Source: an uncultured delta proteobacterium (GTDB lineage Bacteria > Myxococcota > Myxococcia > Myxococcales > Myxococcaceae). Taken from it: DNA of 64,000 nucleotides. Numbering within the stretch: the first letter of the stretch is position 1; each line of letters opens with the position of its first letter. Positions 29,738 through 39,494 of this stretch are shown piece after piece. The translations under genes were made by a program, and so were the position numbers. The notes beneath the pieces are model-generated. The model saw only the letters and a list, made by a program, of their open reading frames with translations, did not search any database and was not told where the DNA came from. The stretch spans positions 256,001-320,000 of the forward strand of contig CAVYSY010000039.1 in the NCBI GenBank assembly GCA_963771175.1, in the 5' to 3' direction.

Positions 29738-31360
29738 ATGAAGACTGTGATTGGAAGCATTCTCTACGTGGTGCTCCGCGTCCTGAGCGTGGTGTTCGGG
29801 CTGTTCCGCTGGCTTCAATCCCTCTGGTTCAAGTCCTTGCAACACCTGGGGAGGGAGCCGGACCTCACGTACAGCACGGGCCCCTACTGGGAGAACACCG
29901 CCAACAGTCAATTCACCAGCCCGCACAAGTTCGAGCGCCCGGCCTCGCGTGAGGAGCTGCTCGCCATCGTCCGGAAGGCCATCGCCGAGAAGCGGCATGC
30001 GCGCGCGCTGGGCTCCGGGCACTCGTTCTCGGATGTGGCGCTCACGGATGACTACCTCATCGACATGCACGGGCTGGACAAGGTGCTCCCGCTCGAGCCG
30101 TCCGTGCTGCGCGGCGGCGCGGACCCGGCGACGCTCTTCCGCGTGGAGAGTGGAATCACCCTGCGCGCGCTCAACCGTTCCCTGTGCGAGCAGAAGCTCG
30201 CCTTGAAGAACATGGGCGCCTACGACATCCAGACCATCTCCGGAGCCATCTCCACGGGCACCCACGGCTCGGGGTCCCGGCTCGGGCCCCTGTGCGATGC
30301 GGTCGAGTCCATCGAGCTCGTGGATGGCACCGGCGAGCTGGTCATCATCGAGCCCTCCGGTGGCATCACGGATCCTGCCCGGTACGCGGCCAGGTACCCG
30401 GACGGGCCCCGCCTGCTCGTGGATGATGACCTGTTCTACTCGGCGGTGGTCTCCATGGGCTCGATGGGCGTCATCCATGCCTACACCCTGCGGGTCCGGC
30501 CGCGGTTCCTCCTGAAGGAGACGCGCACCTTGAAGGAGTGGAACGTGGTCCGGCGCGAGCTGCTCGACGGGGTGTACACGCGCTTCGCGCACTACGAGGT
30601 GTACGTCAACCCGTATCCCGTGCACGGCAAGCGCTGGTGCCTCGAGACGATCCGGGAGGAGACGGTCGAGCCCGCGCGCTCGGTGGAGGGCAAGAGCCGC
30701 AATCCCATCAGCACGATGGTGACGAGGTTCCGGTTCGTTGATCGCATCCTGCTCTGGGCGTTCCAGCGTCTGTCTCCCTTCACGCCCTGGTTCATCAAGA
30801 GCTCGCTCGAGAGCCTGAGCGACAAGCAGTACGTGGACCTGAGCTTCAAGGTGTTCAACCTGGGAGACGCCAACCACATCCCGGCCATCTCCTCGGAGCT
30901 GGCCTTCGGCACCGCACCACTGCCGGGCCAGGATCTGCCCGCGTACATCGCCGCGGTGGACAGGCTGCTCGAGCTCGCCGCCGAACAGTCTGGACATGGG
31001 CGCTGGCACACGTCCCCGTTCTCGCTGCGGTTCGTCCGCGCCTCCCAGCACTACCTCGCCCCGCAGTACGGCCGCGAGACGTGCATGATTGAAATCCCGT
31101 TCCTCAACGGCACGCCTGGCGCGTGGGATCTGCTGCGCTACTACGAGCGCCGCCTGGACGGGTACGGAGCGCGCCCGCACTGGGGACAGAACCACTTCCT
31201 GGTGAACTACGAGAGCACGGCCGCGGCCTACGAGAAGCTCCCCGCGTTCATCGCGAGCTTCGGCCGGCTCAACCCGAATGCGACGTTCGACAACAGCTTC
31301 ACGCAGCGGCTGTCGCTGCGCACGGCGCTCGGGTACGCCCGCACCAGTCAGAACACGTAG
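29738..31360 (+). CDS. FAD-linked oxidase (FAD_binding_4 plus ALO-type; gulonolactone/arabinonolactone oxidase-like) with N-terminal hydrophobic segment
   Basis: ALGSGHSFS, QTISGAISTGTHGSG, SLRFV, RPHWG. Confidence 0.85.
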   Translation: MKTVIGSILYVVLRVLSVVFGLFRWLQSLWFKSLQHLGREPDLTYSTGPYWENTANSQFTSPHKFERPASREELLAIVRKAIAEKRHARALGSGHSFSDVALTDDYLIDMHGLDKVLPLEPSVLRGGADPATLFRVESGITLRALNRSLCEQKLALKNMGAYDIQTISGAISTGTHGSGSRLGPLCDAVESIELVDGTGELVIIEPSGGITDPARYAARYPDGPRLLVDDDLFYSAVVSMGSMGVIHAYTLRVRPRFLLKETRTLKEWNVVRRELLDGVYTRFAHYEVYVNPYPVHGKRWCLETIREETVEPARSVEGKSRNPISTMVTRFRFVDRILLWAFQRLSPFTPWFIKSSLESLSDKQYVDLSFKVFNLGDANHIPAISSELAFGTAPLPGQDLPAYIAAVDRLLELAAEQSGHGRWHTSPFSLRFVRASQHYLAPQYGRETCMIEIPFLNGTPGAWDLLRYYERRLDGYGARPHWGQNHFLVNYESTAAAYEKLPAFIASFGRLNPNATFDNSFTQRLSLRTALGYARTSQNT

Positions 31361-31430
31361 CCCACGCGGCGGTACGGCAGGCGCCGGGCGAGCAACTGCT
31401 GGAACACCCCGCGGGCGCGAATCCTTCAGG

Positions 31431-32939
31431 TCAAGGGGGCAGCCGATCGTCCAGGTACGCATTCTTGAACGGGTCATGGGTGAGCTTCTTGAAATCCCCG
31501 TAGCCTGGGTAATGCGTATTGACGAAGTCGTGATCCATGAAGTTGATCTTGCCCCAGTGGGCCTTGAATCGAATCCCCGCGTTGGTGAGGTGATCCCAGA
31601 GGCCCAGCAAGTGGATGGAGATGAGATCCAGCTCATACTGGGTGTTGCAGACGTCGGTGAGGTACATGAAGTTGAACTTGACGACGTAATTCTTGTTCCC
31701 AGCCCCCTTCAACTCGGGCCAGTTCCACGGCGACATGTGGTAGTCGTCTGTCTTTGTCAGCTCGATCTCGATGGGCAGGTTTGGCCAGCAGTGCTTTCTG
31801 AAATATGCCTTGCACTCATTCCGGACCCGGGTCAGGTCGTCCGGATGAAAGCACCACTCCGCCATCGCCACACGGAAAGGCACCCGCCTGTCCACCGGAA
31901 GCATGTTGCGGAGCGGTCCGGTCGCCGTGGTGGTGCTGTAGGTCATGGCCATCGCCCAGTAGACGAGCTCCTCGAGGGTCCCCAGCAGGGGACCACTCTT
32001 GCCGCAGGTGAACAGATCCAAGTTCTCGAAGATGAACTGCAGCACGTTCACCGCGACGTCCGGCGGATAGTCTCCGTGATCGTCCGACTGAGCGCGAGGG
32101 ACCTCTTTCGCGGTCCACAGCAAGCCCACCTCCATCTTGGGGAGCCAGGCGATCCTCCAGAAGTCGTACTTGCTCGAGGTCTTCTCGAGGTTGCCCAGGA
32201 CATCGTTGAGCGGGACGATCCTCTGGACGGTCTCGAAGAAAGGCTGCTCGATGAGGGAGAACTGCATCTTCGTGATGATCCCGATCGCGCCGAGCGAGCA
32301 GACCACCGAGGAGAACTCGGGATCGCCCCGCGACACGACCTTCTCCACGACGTTTCCAGTGCCCGCCTCGTAGGTGAGGTACTTGACCCAATCGAGCGTT
32401 TCGAAGATGGCGTACTTGGACGAGGCCGGGGCCGTATTGGTCGTGAGAAGCCCCGCCAGCGTCTGCTCATCCGTGCCGCCCGTCGCCGTGATCGACTTGT
32501 TCCCGTTGCCCAACTCCTCCAGGAAGTCATGCAGCGTCCAGTTGGAGGACACCGTGACCGTCTTGCCGCCATTGCTGAAGTCGAGCTTTGGCTTGGGCAA
32601 GGAGCGCATGTCCAGGATGGTATCGGACACGAGGATCTTCGCGCACGAGTGCAGGCCGCCCGGAACCCGGATGCGTTTCCCCTTGAAGACACCATGCGCG
32701 ATGCTGTCCAGGTGCCCCTTGAGACTCGGCAGGTTCAGAGGCTGGAGATGCAGGCCCGGCTCGAATGAGACGATGCCAGCCCAGTCCTTGATGACAGCGG
32801 CGCGGGCTGCTCTCCGGAGCACTCCGGCGAACGGGCGGGCCAGACTCGAAGCCAGGCTCCTCGAGAGCAACGGAGATTCGACCCTTCCAATCCTGGGAGA
32901 TTCGACCCTTCTTCTAATCCTGCCCGATCGGCTGCGCAT
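31431..32939 (-). CDS. Second FAD-linked oxidase (ALO-like), divergent sequence
   Basis: WAG, RVPGGLHSC, QTLAGLLTT, SLGAIGII, PIEIE, KAHWGK; ATG preceded by aaggggg. Confidence 0.75.
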   Translation of the reverse strand: MRSRSGRIRRRVESPRIGRVESPLLSRSLASSLARPFAGVLRRAARAAVIKDWAGIVSFEPGLHLQPLNLPSLKGHLDSIAHGVFKGKRIRVPGGLHSCAKILVSDTILDMRSLPKPKLDFSNGGKTVTVSSNWTLHDFLEELGNGNKSITATGGTDEQTLAGLLTTNTAPASSKYAIFETLDWVKYLTYEAGTGNVVEKVVSRGDPEFSSVVCSLGAIGIITKMQFSLIEQPFFETVQRIVPLNDVLGNLEKTSSKYDFWRIAWLPKMEVGLLWTAKEVPRAQSDDHGDYPPDVAVNVLQFIFENLDLFTCGKSGPLLGTLEELVYWAMAMTYSTTTATGPLRNMLPVDRRVPFRVAMAEWCFHPDDLTRVRNECKAYFRKHCWPNLPIEIELTKTDDYHMSPWNWPELKGAGNKNYVVKFNFMYLTDVCNTQYELDLISIHLLGLWDHLTNAGIRFKAHWGKINFMDHDFVNTHYPGYGDFKKLTHDPFKNAYLDDRLPP

Positions 32940-33199
32940 GCTCAGCCCCCTTTTCGCCAGTTCACGTCCTATCCATTGAAAGCCCGTCCTCCAAGGTAGG
33001 AGCGATTCCCCTGGCAGCACCCTGGCCCGCGGGGTGGGGCTGCCAAAGGGTGGATGCGAACGTCACCTGGTGTGATCGCGCACGCTGGTTGCCTCCCTGC
33101 CTGGCGAGCCAATTCCCAAGGTCCCTCTCCCTGGCCTCTCCCCCGAGAGACGGTAGGGGTTCCATCCCTTCCGGGGAGCACCATCGTACCTGGGAGGGA

Positions 33200-36100
33200 A
33201 TGGGTATGAGTCAGCGCGATGATGGCAGTGGGGGGAGCGGGTCTGACAGCGGAGACTCCTTTCTGAATGAATTGCTCGGGATCTTCCCCCTCCCGCCCAC
33301 TCCCCAACCAGGAGATCGACTCGGGGGGAAGGACAGCCGGCGCTTCGAGATCCTCGGGAATCTCGGCAGGGGGGGCATGGGAGTGGTCGTCCGCGCCCGG
33401 GATGAGGTGCTCCAGCGCGTCGTGGCGCTCAAGTTCATCGCGCCCGGTCGGGAGCTCACCCAGGAGTCACTGGACAGGTTGCTCCAGGACGAGGCCCGGC
33501 TGATCGCCCAGCTCGATCACGAGAACATCGTCCGCATCTTCGACGTCGCCGAGTGGAGGGGCTTTCCCTTCCTCATCATGGAGTGCCTGGAGGGACAGTC
33601 GCTCGCGGACGTGTTGCGACACGGGCCGCTCGAGTTGCCACGCGCCCTGCACATCCTCGGCGACATCATGGCCGGACTGGCGCATGCCCACTCGCGCCAG
33701 ATCATCCACCGGGATCTCAAGCCCAGCAACGTGTTCGTCCTGCCGGACGGACGGGTGAAGCTGCTCGACTTCGGCCTCGCCCTGTTCGTCTCATCGCTCG
33801 GCTCGGCCCCGTCTCGCACGGGGACGCCTGCCTTCATGGCTCCGGAACAATGGCGGGGACAGCCCCAGGACATGCGCACCGACACCTGGGCCGCCGGGCT
33901 GTTGCTGTATCAGATGCTCACCGGAGCGCTCCCCTATCCCACCGGGGAGCCCCAGGCGCTGCGCGAGCAGGTGGTCTCGAACGAGCCCGTCCCCTCGGTA
34001 CGGGTGCGCCGTCCGGATCTGCCCATACCGATGGAACGGTTCCTCGCGCGGGCGCTGGCCAAGGAGCCCGCCCGGCGGTTCCAGAGCGCGCTCGAGATGC
34101 GCGAGCGGCTGCGAGTGCTGGAGTGGAGCCTCGTCCCTTCCGCCGAGCTCCCGCCCCCGCGCTTCGTCTCCCACCGCCGGCAGGTGACGTTGGTGTGCTG
34201 CCGTCTCTCGGGGCGCCTGGCCGCCTTCGAGCCCGAGGACCTGAGCGATCTGCAGGCGACGTTCCATCAGGCCAGCGCTCGCATCCTCGAGCGCCATGGG
34301 GCATGGGTGGCGCTGCGGATGGGAGATGAGGTGCTGGGCTGCTTTGGCTATCCGCTGGCCCGGGAGGATGACGTCCTGTGCGCGGTGCGGGCCGCGCTCG
34401 CGCTGACGCGGCTGGCGGAGGAGCTGCCCCAGGCCTCGGAGACCGAGCTCACGGCGCAGGTGGGCGTGCATACGGACATGGTGGTGCTGGACGTGTTCAA
34501 CAATCCGTCCGGGGCGACGGGGCACTCGCCCTCCATCCAGGGCGAGGCACCCCGCATGGCGCTCTGGCTGGCCGAACAGGCGGCTCCACACACGGCGCTG
34601 CTCAGCGAGAACACATGGCAGGGAGGGCGAGGCAACTTCGTGACGGAGCCGCTGGGGCCGCGGGTGTTCTCCTCCTCGCGGGGGACGGTGCGGATGGACG
34701 TCCACCGGCTGGTGGCCGAGCGGCCGGAGAGCACCCGCTTCGGGCGGGCGCGGACCCGGGGCCTCACGCCGCTGGTCGGCCGACGCGCCGAGCTCCACCA
34801 GTTGCTCGCGATCTGGGATCGGACCCGCCAGGGACAGGGGGCGGTGGTGCTGCTCAGTGGTGAGGCGGGAATTGGCAAGTCCCGGCTCATCCAGGAGGTG
34901 AGTGATCAGGTCAAGGGCGAAGGGGCGTTCTGCGTGTCCAGCCAGTGCTGGCCCCAGCTCAGCCACAGCGCCTTCCATCCCGTGCTCGAGTGGGTGGTGC
35001 AACTGCTCGGGCTGGATCCGGAGGACTCGCCCTCACAGTACTGGGCGTGCCTGGAAGAGGTGCTCAAGTCACTCGAGCTGCCCCACCCCGAGGGGATGCT
35101 GTTGCTCGGGCAGTTCCTGGACCTCCCCCTTCGCGAGGACCTGCCCCCCCTGCTGCTGTCTCCCGAGCTGCAACGGGAGCGGATCCTGGAGACGCTGGCT
35201 ACCATCCTGCTGCGGCTCCCCGCGAGGACTCCCGAGAAGGGCGGGCCGGGCGCGCGGCTCCTCGTCCTGGAGGATCTGCACTGGGCCGATCCCTCCACCC
35301 TGCAACTCCTCTCCCTGCTGTGCGATCGCATCGAGAAGGTGCGGTTGTGCGTGCTGCTGAGCACGCGTCCCGAGCTGTGGCTCTCCTGGAGGAACCACCC
35401 CAACGTCCATCCACTCATGCTCGAGCGGCTCATGACGGACGAGACCACCGAGATGGTGCGGCGACTCACCCGGAATCGGACCGACCTGTCCGCGCGAACG
35501 GTCGAGTTCCTGGTGAAGCGGACGGAAGGCATTCCCCTCTATGTCGAGGAGCTGACGCGCATGGTGCTCGCGCGGCCTGCCCCCGAGAATGGGGGGCCCA
35601 CGGAGGGCCCGCTCCCCGTCACCTTGCAGGAGCTGCTCCTGGCCCGGTTGGATCCGCTTCCCCAGGAGCAGAAGGAGTTGGCGTGGATGGGGGCGGTGAT
35701 CGGCCGCGGCTTCACGCGGGAGCAGCTGGCCGCCCTCGCGGAGCGAGAGGAGAACGCGCTCGAGCGGGATCTCGAGGAGCTGGTCGAGGCGGGGCTGCTC
35801 CTGCGCAGGTCAGAGGACCCGGCGCCCCGCTACGAGTTCAAGCATGCCCTCATCCGTGAGGCGGCCTACGAGTCCCTGCTGAAGTCTCGTCGGCGGCAGT
35901 ACCACCATCGGTACGCCTCGCTGCTGGAGAATCCGAGCGGGGGATGCGCCGCGGCCCCGCCCGAGCTGATCGCCCACCACTACACCCAGGCCGGGGAGTT
36001 GGAACCCGCCATCCGGTTCTGGACCCAGGCTGGGGAACTGGCCCTGCGGCGCTCTGCCTTCGAGGAGTCCTTGAGTCATCTGGAGCTGGCGTTCCGGTTG

Positions 36101-37363
36101 TTCCAGCGCCTGCCCGGAGCGACCCGGAGGGTGGAGGAGGAGCTGCGGCTTCTGGTGATTCTCGGCCAGGCACGGATCACCGTCCGGAGCTACGCGGCGC
36201 CCGAGGTGGAGCAGGTCTATGCCCGCATCACCGAGCTGTTCCAGGAGGTGAAGGACAGGCCCCTGCTCGTCGCCGTCTGCAGAAGCCTCTTCAACCAGAA
36301 CCTGCTGCGGTTGAACATCCCATTGGCGCGCGAGCTCGCGAAGCAGATCGTCTCGCTGGGCCAGCGCATCCACGAGCCCCAGGTCCTGAGCATCGGCTGG
36401 TTGATGGGGGCGATGAACCAGTTGATCCAGGGCAATCCCATCGAGGCCCAGAGGCAGTTCAGCGAGGCCCTGGCGCAGAGCGATTCGGACCTGACGCGGG
36501 AACCCCAGGCGCTCGGCATGCTCGAGCCGGATCCGCTGGCGATGGCCCTGGCCTATCAAGCCCTGACCCTGACGATCCGCGGCGAGCAGCAACAAGGACA
36601 GCAGCTCCTGGACGCCGCGCTCCAGCGCACCCAATGGCTCGCCCATCTCTACTCCTACATCCTGACGAGCCATGCGGCCTGCATCCTCTACCAGATGCGG
36701 TTCGATGGTCAGCGGCTGCTGGAGACGACCGAGCTGGTCATCGCCATCTACGAGCAGAACCAGTTCCCGAGCCGGGAGTCCTGGATGCCAGTCCTCCGCG
36801 GCTGGGCGCTCGTGTGGACGGGCAAGCGGGACGAGGGCTACGCCCTGTTGCTCCAGGGGCTCGAGCAGTTGAGGCAGGTGGGCTCGGAGACGGGTTGGCC
36901 CTACCTGCTCAGTCTGCTCGCGGATGCGAGGCTGAGGCTCGGGTTGATTGACGAGGGGCTCGCCGCGGTGTCGGAAGGGCTGGCCTGGGGAGAGCGGACG
37001 GAGCAGCACATGGAGGATGCCGAGCTTCACCGGCTGCGCGGCGAGTTGTTGCTGCGCACGGATGACGCCGCCCAGGCGCCCGCTGAGTTCCACGCGGCGA
37101 TTCAGGCGGCCCGGCGGTCCGGGGCACGCTGCCTCGAGCTCCGGGCCTTCCTGAGCCTGTGCCACCTGCTGCAAGCGCAGGGGCGTGTTCGGGAAGCGCG
37201 GCGGTTGCTGGCGGAGCATCTCCAGTCCCTCCCCCCCGGCCTCGATTCTCCCGAGCTACGGGTGGCCCGGGTGGTGCTCAGCAGGCTCCAGGAGGCTCAC
37301 GGCGAGCAGCCTGAGAGTGCTGAGTCCACGTTCGACGCGCCCTGGACCGTCCATCACCTCTGA
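33200..37363 (+). CDS. Ser/Thr kinase - degenerate class III cyclase - AAA ATPase - TPR multidomain protein
   Basis: LGRGGMG, HRDLKPSN, DFG, APE; RRQVT..GD...FGYP.A.EDD cyclase-like segment; GEAGIGKS Walker [11 protein letters not shown]alker B; FKHALIREAAY; TPRs. Confidence 0.9.
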   Translation: MGMSQRDDGSGGSGSDSGDSFLNELLGIFPLPPTPQPGDRLGGKDSRRFEILGNLGRGGMGVVVRARDEVLQRVVALKFIAPGRELTQESLDRLLQDEARLIAQLDHENIVRIFDVAEWRGFPFLIMECLEGQSLADVLRHGPLELPRALHILGDIMAGLAHAHSRQIIHRDLKPSNVFVLPDGRVKLLDFGLALFVSSLGSAPSRTGTPAFMAPEQWRGQPQDMRTDTWAAGLLLYQMLTGALPYPTGEPQALREQVVSNEPVPSVRVRRPDLPIPMERFLARALAKEPARRFQSALEMRERLRVLEWSLVPSAELPPPRFVSHRRQVTLVCCRLSGRLAAFEPEDLSDLQATFHQASARILERHGAWVALRMGDEVLGCFGYPLAREDDVLCAVRAALALTRLAEELPQASETELTAQVGVHTDMVVLDVFNNPSGATGHSPSIQGEAPRMALWLAEQAAPHTALLSENTWQGGRGNFVTEPLGPRVFSSSRGTVRMDVHRLVAERPESTRFGRARTRGLTPLVGRRAELHQLLAIWDRTRQGQGAVVLLSGEAGIGKSRLIQEVSDQVKGEGAFCVSSQCWPQLSHSAFHPVLEWVVQLLGLDPEDSPSQYWACLEEVLKSLELPHPEGMLLLGQFLDLPLREDLPPLLLSPELQRERILETLATILLRLPARTPEKGGPGARLLVLEDLHWADPSTLQLLSLLCDRIEKVRLCVLLSTRPELWLSWRNHPNVHPLMLERLMTDETTEMVRRLTRNRTDLSARTVEFLVKRTEGIPLYVEELTRMVLARPAPENGGPTEGPLPVTLQELLLARLDPLPQEQKELAWMGAVIGRGFTREQLAALAEREENALERDLEELVEAGLLLRRSEDPAPRYEFKHALIREAAYESLLKSRRRQYHHRYASLLENPSGGCAAAPPELIAHHYTQAGELEPAIRFWTQAGELALRRSAFEESLSHLELAFRLFQRLPGATRRVEEELRLLVILGQARITVRSYAAPEVEQVYARITELFQEVKDRPLLVAVCRSLFNQNLLRLNIPLARELAKQIVSLGQRIHEPQVLSIGWLMGAMNQLIQGNPIEAQRQFSEALAQSDSDLTREPQALGMLEPDPLAMALAYQALTLTIRGEQQQGQQLLDAALQRTQWLAHLYSYILTSHAACILYQMRFDGQRLLETTELVIAIYEQNQFPSRESWMPVLRGWALVWTGKRDEGYALLLQGLEQLRQVGSETGWPYLLSLLADARLRLGLIDEGLAAVSEGLAWGERTEQHMEDAELHRLRGELLLRTDDAAQAPAEFHAAIQAARRSGARCLELRAFLSLCHLLQAQGRVREARRLLAEHLQSLPPGLDSPELRVARVVLSRLQEAHGEQPESAESTFDAPWTVHHL

Positions 37364-37374
37364 GCGTGGTTCGA

Positions 37375-38121
37375 CTACTGCGCGCAGTAGGTGTCGCGGT
37401 TGACGATGGACGTCACCTGGACGACCGAGCCGGGGTGGATGACGAACTCACTGGCACCCACGTGCTTCGTGTCCTGGCTGCACCAGTCGTAGGTGTAGCC
37501 GAGCCCCGTCCACGGGTAGCGTGTCTTCTGCCAGAAGCCATAGCTGGAGGCGTAGTTGTTGGTGATCCAGCTCTTGTGCTCGGAGGACACGCCGGCGGGG
37601 AACTGCAGGCCGCACGTGGTGTCATCGATCTCCGGGTCCGGGCAGGGCCGGAACATGTCGCCGGGCTTCACCCACATCTCGACGAACTGCCGCCCGTTGT
37701 CGGACTCGGTGGCCGGCGGCAGCCCGAGGAACTGGTTGATGCGCGCGATGCGGGCGGCGTCCTCCGGCAGCGTCCTGCACAGCTCCTGGAGCTGCGGCAC
37801 GGCGGTGACCCAGATCTCTCGGGACAGGGTATTGTCGCCCTGCGAGTAGCCCGTGTACGTGGTCCAGGCCACCATGCGCACCGCCGTCTTCTCCGCGTTC
37901 CACTGGAGGCGCGGGTTGGATGGGGTGATGGCCCAGAGGCCATCGAAGACGTCCTGCGTGGTGGGCTCCACGGCATCGATCACAGCGGCGTCGTAGCTCT
38001 CCTGCGTACAGGCGGGCGTCGGCTCCAACTCCTCTTCCTCGGGTCCCCCGCACGCCACCAACGACGCCAGTGCCCCCATGGCCGAAAGCCACCGCATCCG
38101 CCGCAGTCCTTCTTGAATCAT
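37375..38121 (-). CDS. Conserved hypothetical lipoprotein
   Basis: lipobox LVAC; EIWVT..P, QFLGLPP, FRPCPDPEI, YPWTGLGYTYDW, GASEFVI. Confidence 0.7.
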   Translation of the reverse strand: MIQEGLRRMRWLSAMGALASLVACGGPEEEELEPTPACTQESYDAAVIDAVEPTTQDVFDGLWAITPSNPRLQWNAEKTAVRMVAWTTYTGYSQGDNTLSREIWVTAVPQLQELCRTLPEDAARIARINQFLGLPPATESDNGRQFVEMWVKPGDMFRPCPDPEIDDTTCGLQFPAGVSSEHKSWITNNYASSYGFWQKTRYPWTGLGYTYDWCSQDTKHVGASEFVIHPGSVVQVTSIVNRDTYCAQ

Positions 38122-38268
38122 GAGTCGCTCATCCTTTGTGGGTGTTGAGACCCGCGTCCCCTATGCACGCGCGATACCGCGTGGGGACGCGAGCCCGCGA
38201 CGCGCACTCTCTCACAGGGGGCTGACATTGACGGGCGCAATTCCCCACAAAAGCGCTACCTTCCCCCC

Positions 38269-38964
38269 ATGTCTCGCGCATCCCGCCTGCTCGATCTCAT
38301 CCAGCTGCTGCGCCGACACCGCGCGCCGATCACCGGCCCGGCGCTGGCCGAGCAGCTCGGCGTTTCCATCCGCACGCTCTATCGCGACATCGCGACGCTC
38401 CAGGCGCAGGGCGCCGATATCCAGGGTGAACCCGGCCTCGGATATGTGCTGCGCCCCGGCTTCACCCTGCCGCCACTGATGTTCTCGGCCGACGAAATCG
38501 AGGCCTTGGTGCTCGGTTCGCGCTGGGTCGCGGTGCGGGGCGATGCGCGGCTCGGGGCGGCGGCGGGCAACGCCGTGGCGAAGATCCGCGCCGTGCTGCC
38601 CGACGACCTCCGCGAGAACGTCGATGCCGCCACCCTCACCGTGCCGATGTTCCGCGGCGAGCCGATCGCCATCGATGGCTCGGTGATCCGCGCCGCGATC
38701 CGCAAGGAGCAGAAGCTCATCATCACCTATCGCGACAATGACGGGGCCGACACGACCCGCACCATCTGGCCACTGCTGATCGGCTTCTTCGAAAAGGTGC
38801 TGTTGCTCGCCGCCTGGTGCGAGCTCAGGCAGGATTACCGCGCCTTCCGCGTCGACCGCATCCAGTCGGTCGAGCCGAAGGACGATCGCTATCCGCGCCG
38901 CCGTGCCGCACTGGTCAAGGAATGGCGGGCCACGCAGAACATTCCGGCCACTGCCGGAAACTGA
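38269..38964 (+). CDS. YafY-family HTH-WYL transcriptional regulator
   Basis: LGVSIRTLYRDIATL, GEPGLGY, LPPLMF, RTIWP, AWCELRQDYRAFRVDRI. Confidence 0.92.
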   Translation: MSRASRLLDLIQLLRRHRAPITGPALAEQLGVSIRTLYRDIATLQAQGADIQGEPGLGYVLRPGFTLPPLMFSADEIEALVLGSRWVAVRGDARLGAAAGNAVAKIRAVLPDDLRENVDAATLTVPMFRGEPIAIDGSVIRAAIRKEQKLIITYRDNDGADTTRTIWPLLIGFFEKVLLLAAWCELRQDYRAFRVDRIQSVEPKDDRYPRRRAALVKEWRATQNIPATAGN

Positions 38965-39010
38965 CAGTCGCAAGGCGCAAACCATCCCCATCAACCCGAT
39001 GGAGATGCCA

Positions 39011-39385
39011 ATGCGTACCCTCAACTACCTGCTGCTTGCCGTCCGCGATCCGCTCAAGAGCGCCGAGCTCTATTCGAAGCTCCTCGGCCGCGAGCCGGTC
39101 GCAAAGGCCAAGACCTTCGTTCTCTATGTGCTGCCGACCGGCCTGAAAATCGGTCTCTGGCTTGCCGACGAGGTGGAGCCGACACCGAAGCCCGCTGGCG
39201 GCATCGAGATCTCGTTCAGCGAAGAGAGCAAGGATGCCGTCCGCGCGACCTATGCCGAGTGGAGCAAGCTCGGCCTCAAGGTGGTGCAGGAGCCCACCGA
39301 TATGGATTTCGGCTTCACCTTCGTGGTCGAGGACCCGGACGGGCATCGCCTCCGCCCCTTCGTCCTCGCCAACAATCCGCGTTAG
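39011..39385 (+). CDS. VOC/glyoxalase family protein
   Basis: LLAVRDPLKSAELY, QEPTDMDFG.TFVVEDPDGHRLR; RBS ggag. Confidence 0.85.
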   Translation: MRTLNYLLLAVRDPLKSAELYSKLLGREPVAKAKTFVLYVLPTGLKIGLWLADEVEPTPKPAGGIEISFSEESKDAVRATYAEWSKLGLKVVQEPTDMDFGFTFVVEDPDGHRLRPFVLANNPR

Positions 39386-39418
39386 ATACAGCCATCTTCA
39401 GAGTCGTGATGTTGGATT

Positions 39419-39461
39419 GGACGCCCGACGCCCTGCGGACATACAGGGTGTCGGTGCGTCC
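39419..39461. terminator. Long hairpin between convergent genes (possible bidirectional terminator)
   Basis: ggacgcccgacgccctg / cagggtgtcggtgcgtcc. Confidence 0.5.
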
Positions 39462-39494
39462 GCCCTGAGCCACACTCCACCAGCTACGGCGGAA

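Noticed and set aside
33200..37363. TOMM/RiPP biosynthetic cluster suggested by the kinase-cyclase fusion
   Set aside because: No YcaO, dehydrogenase, precursor peptide or transporter genes nearby.
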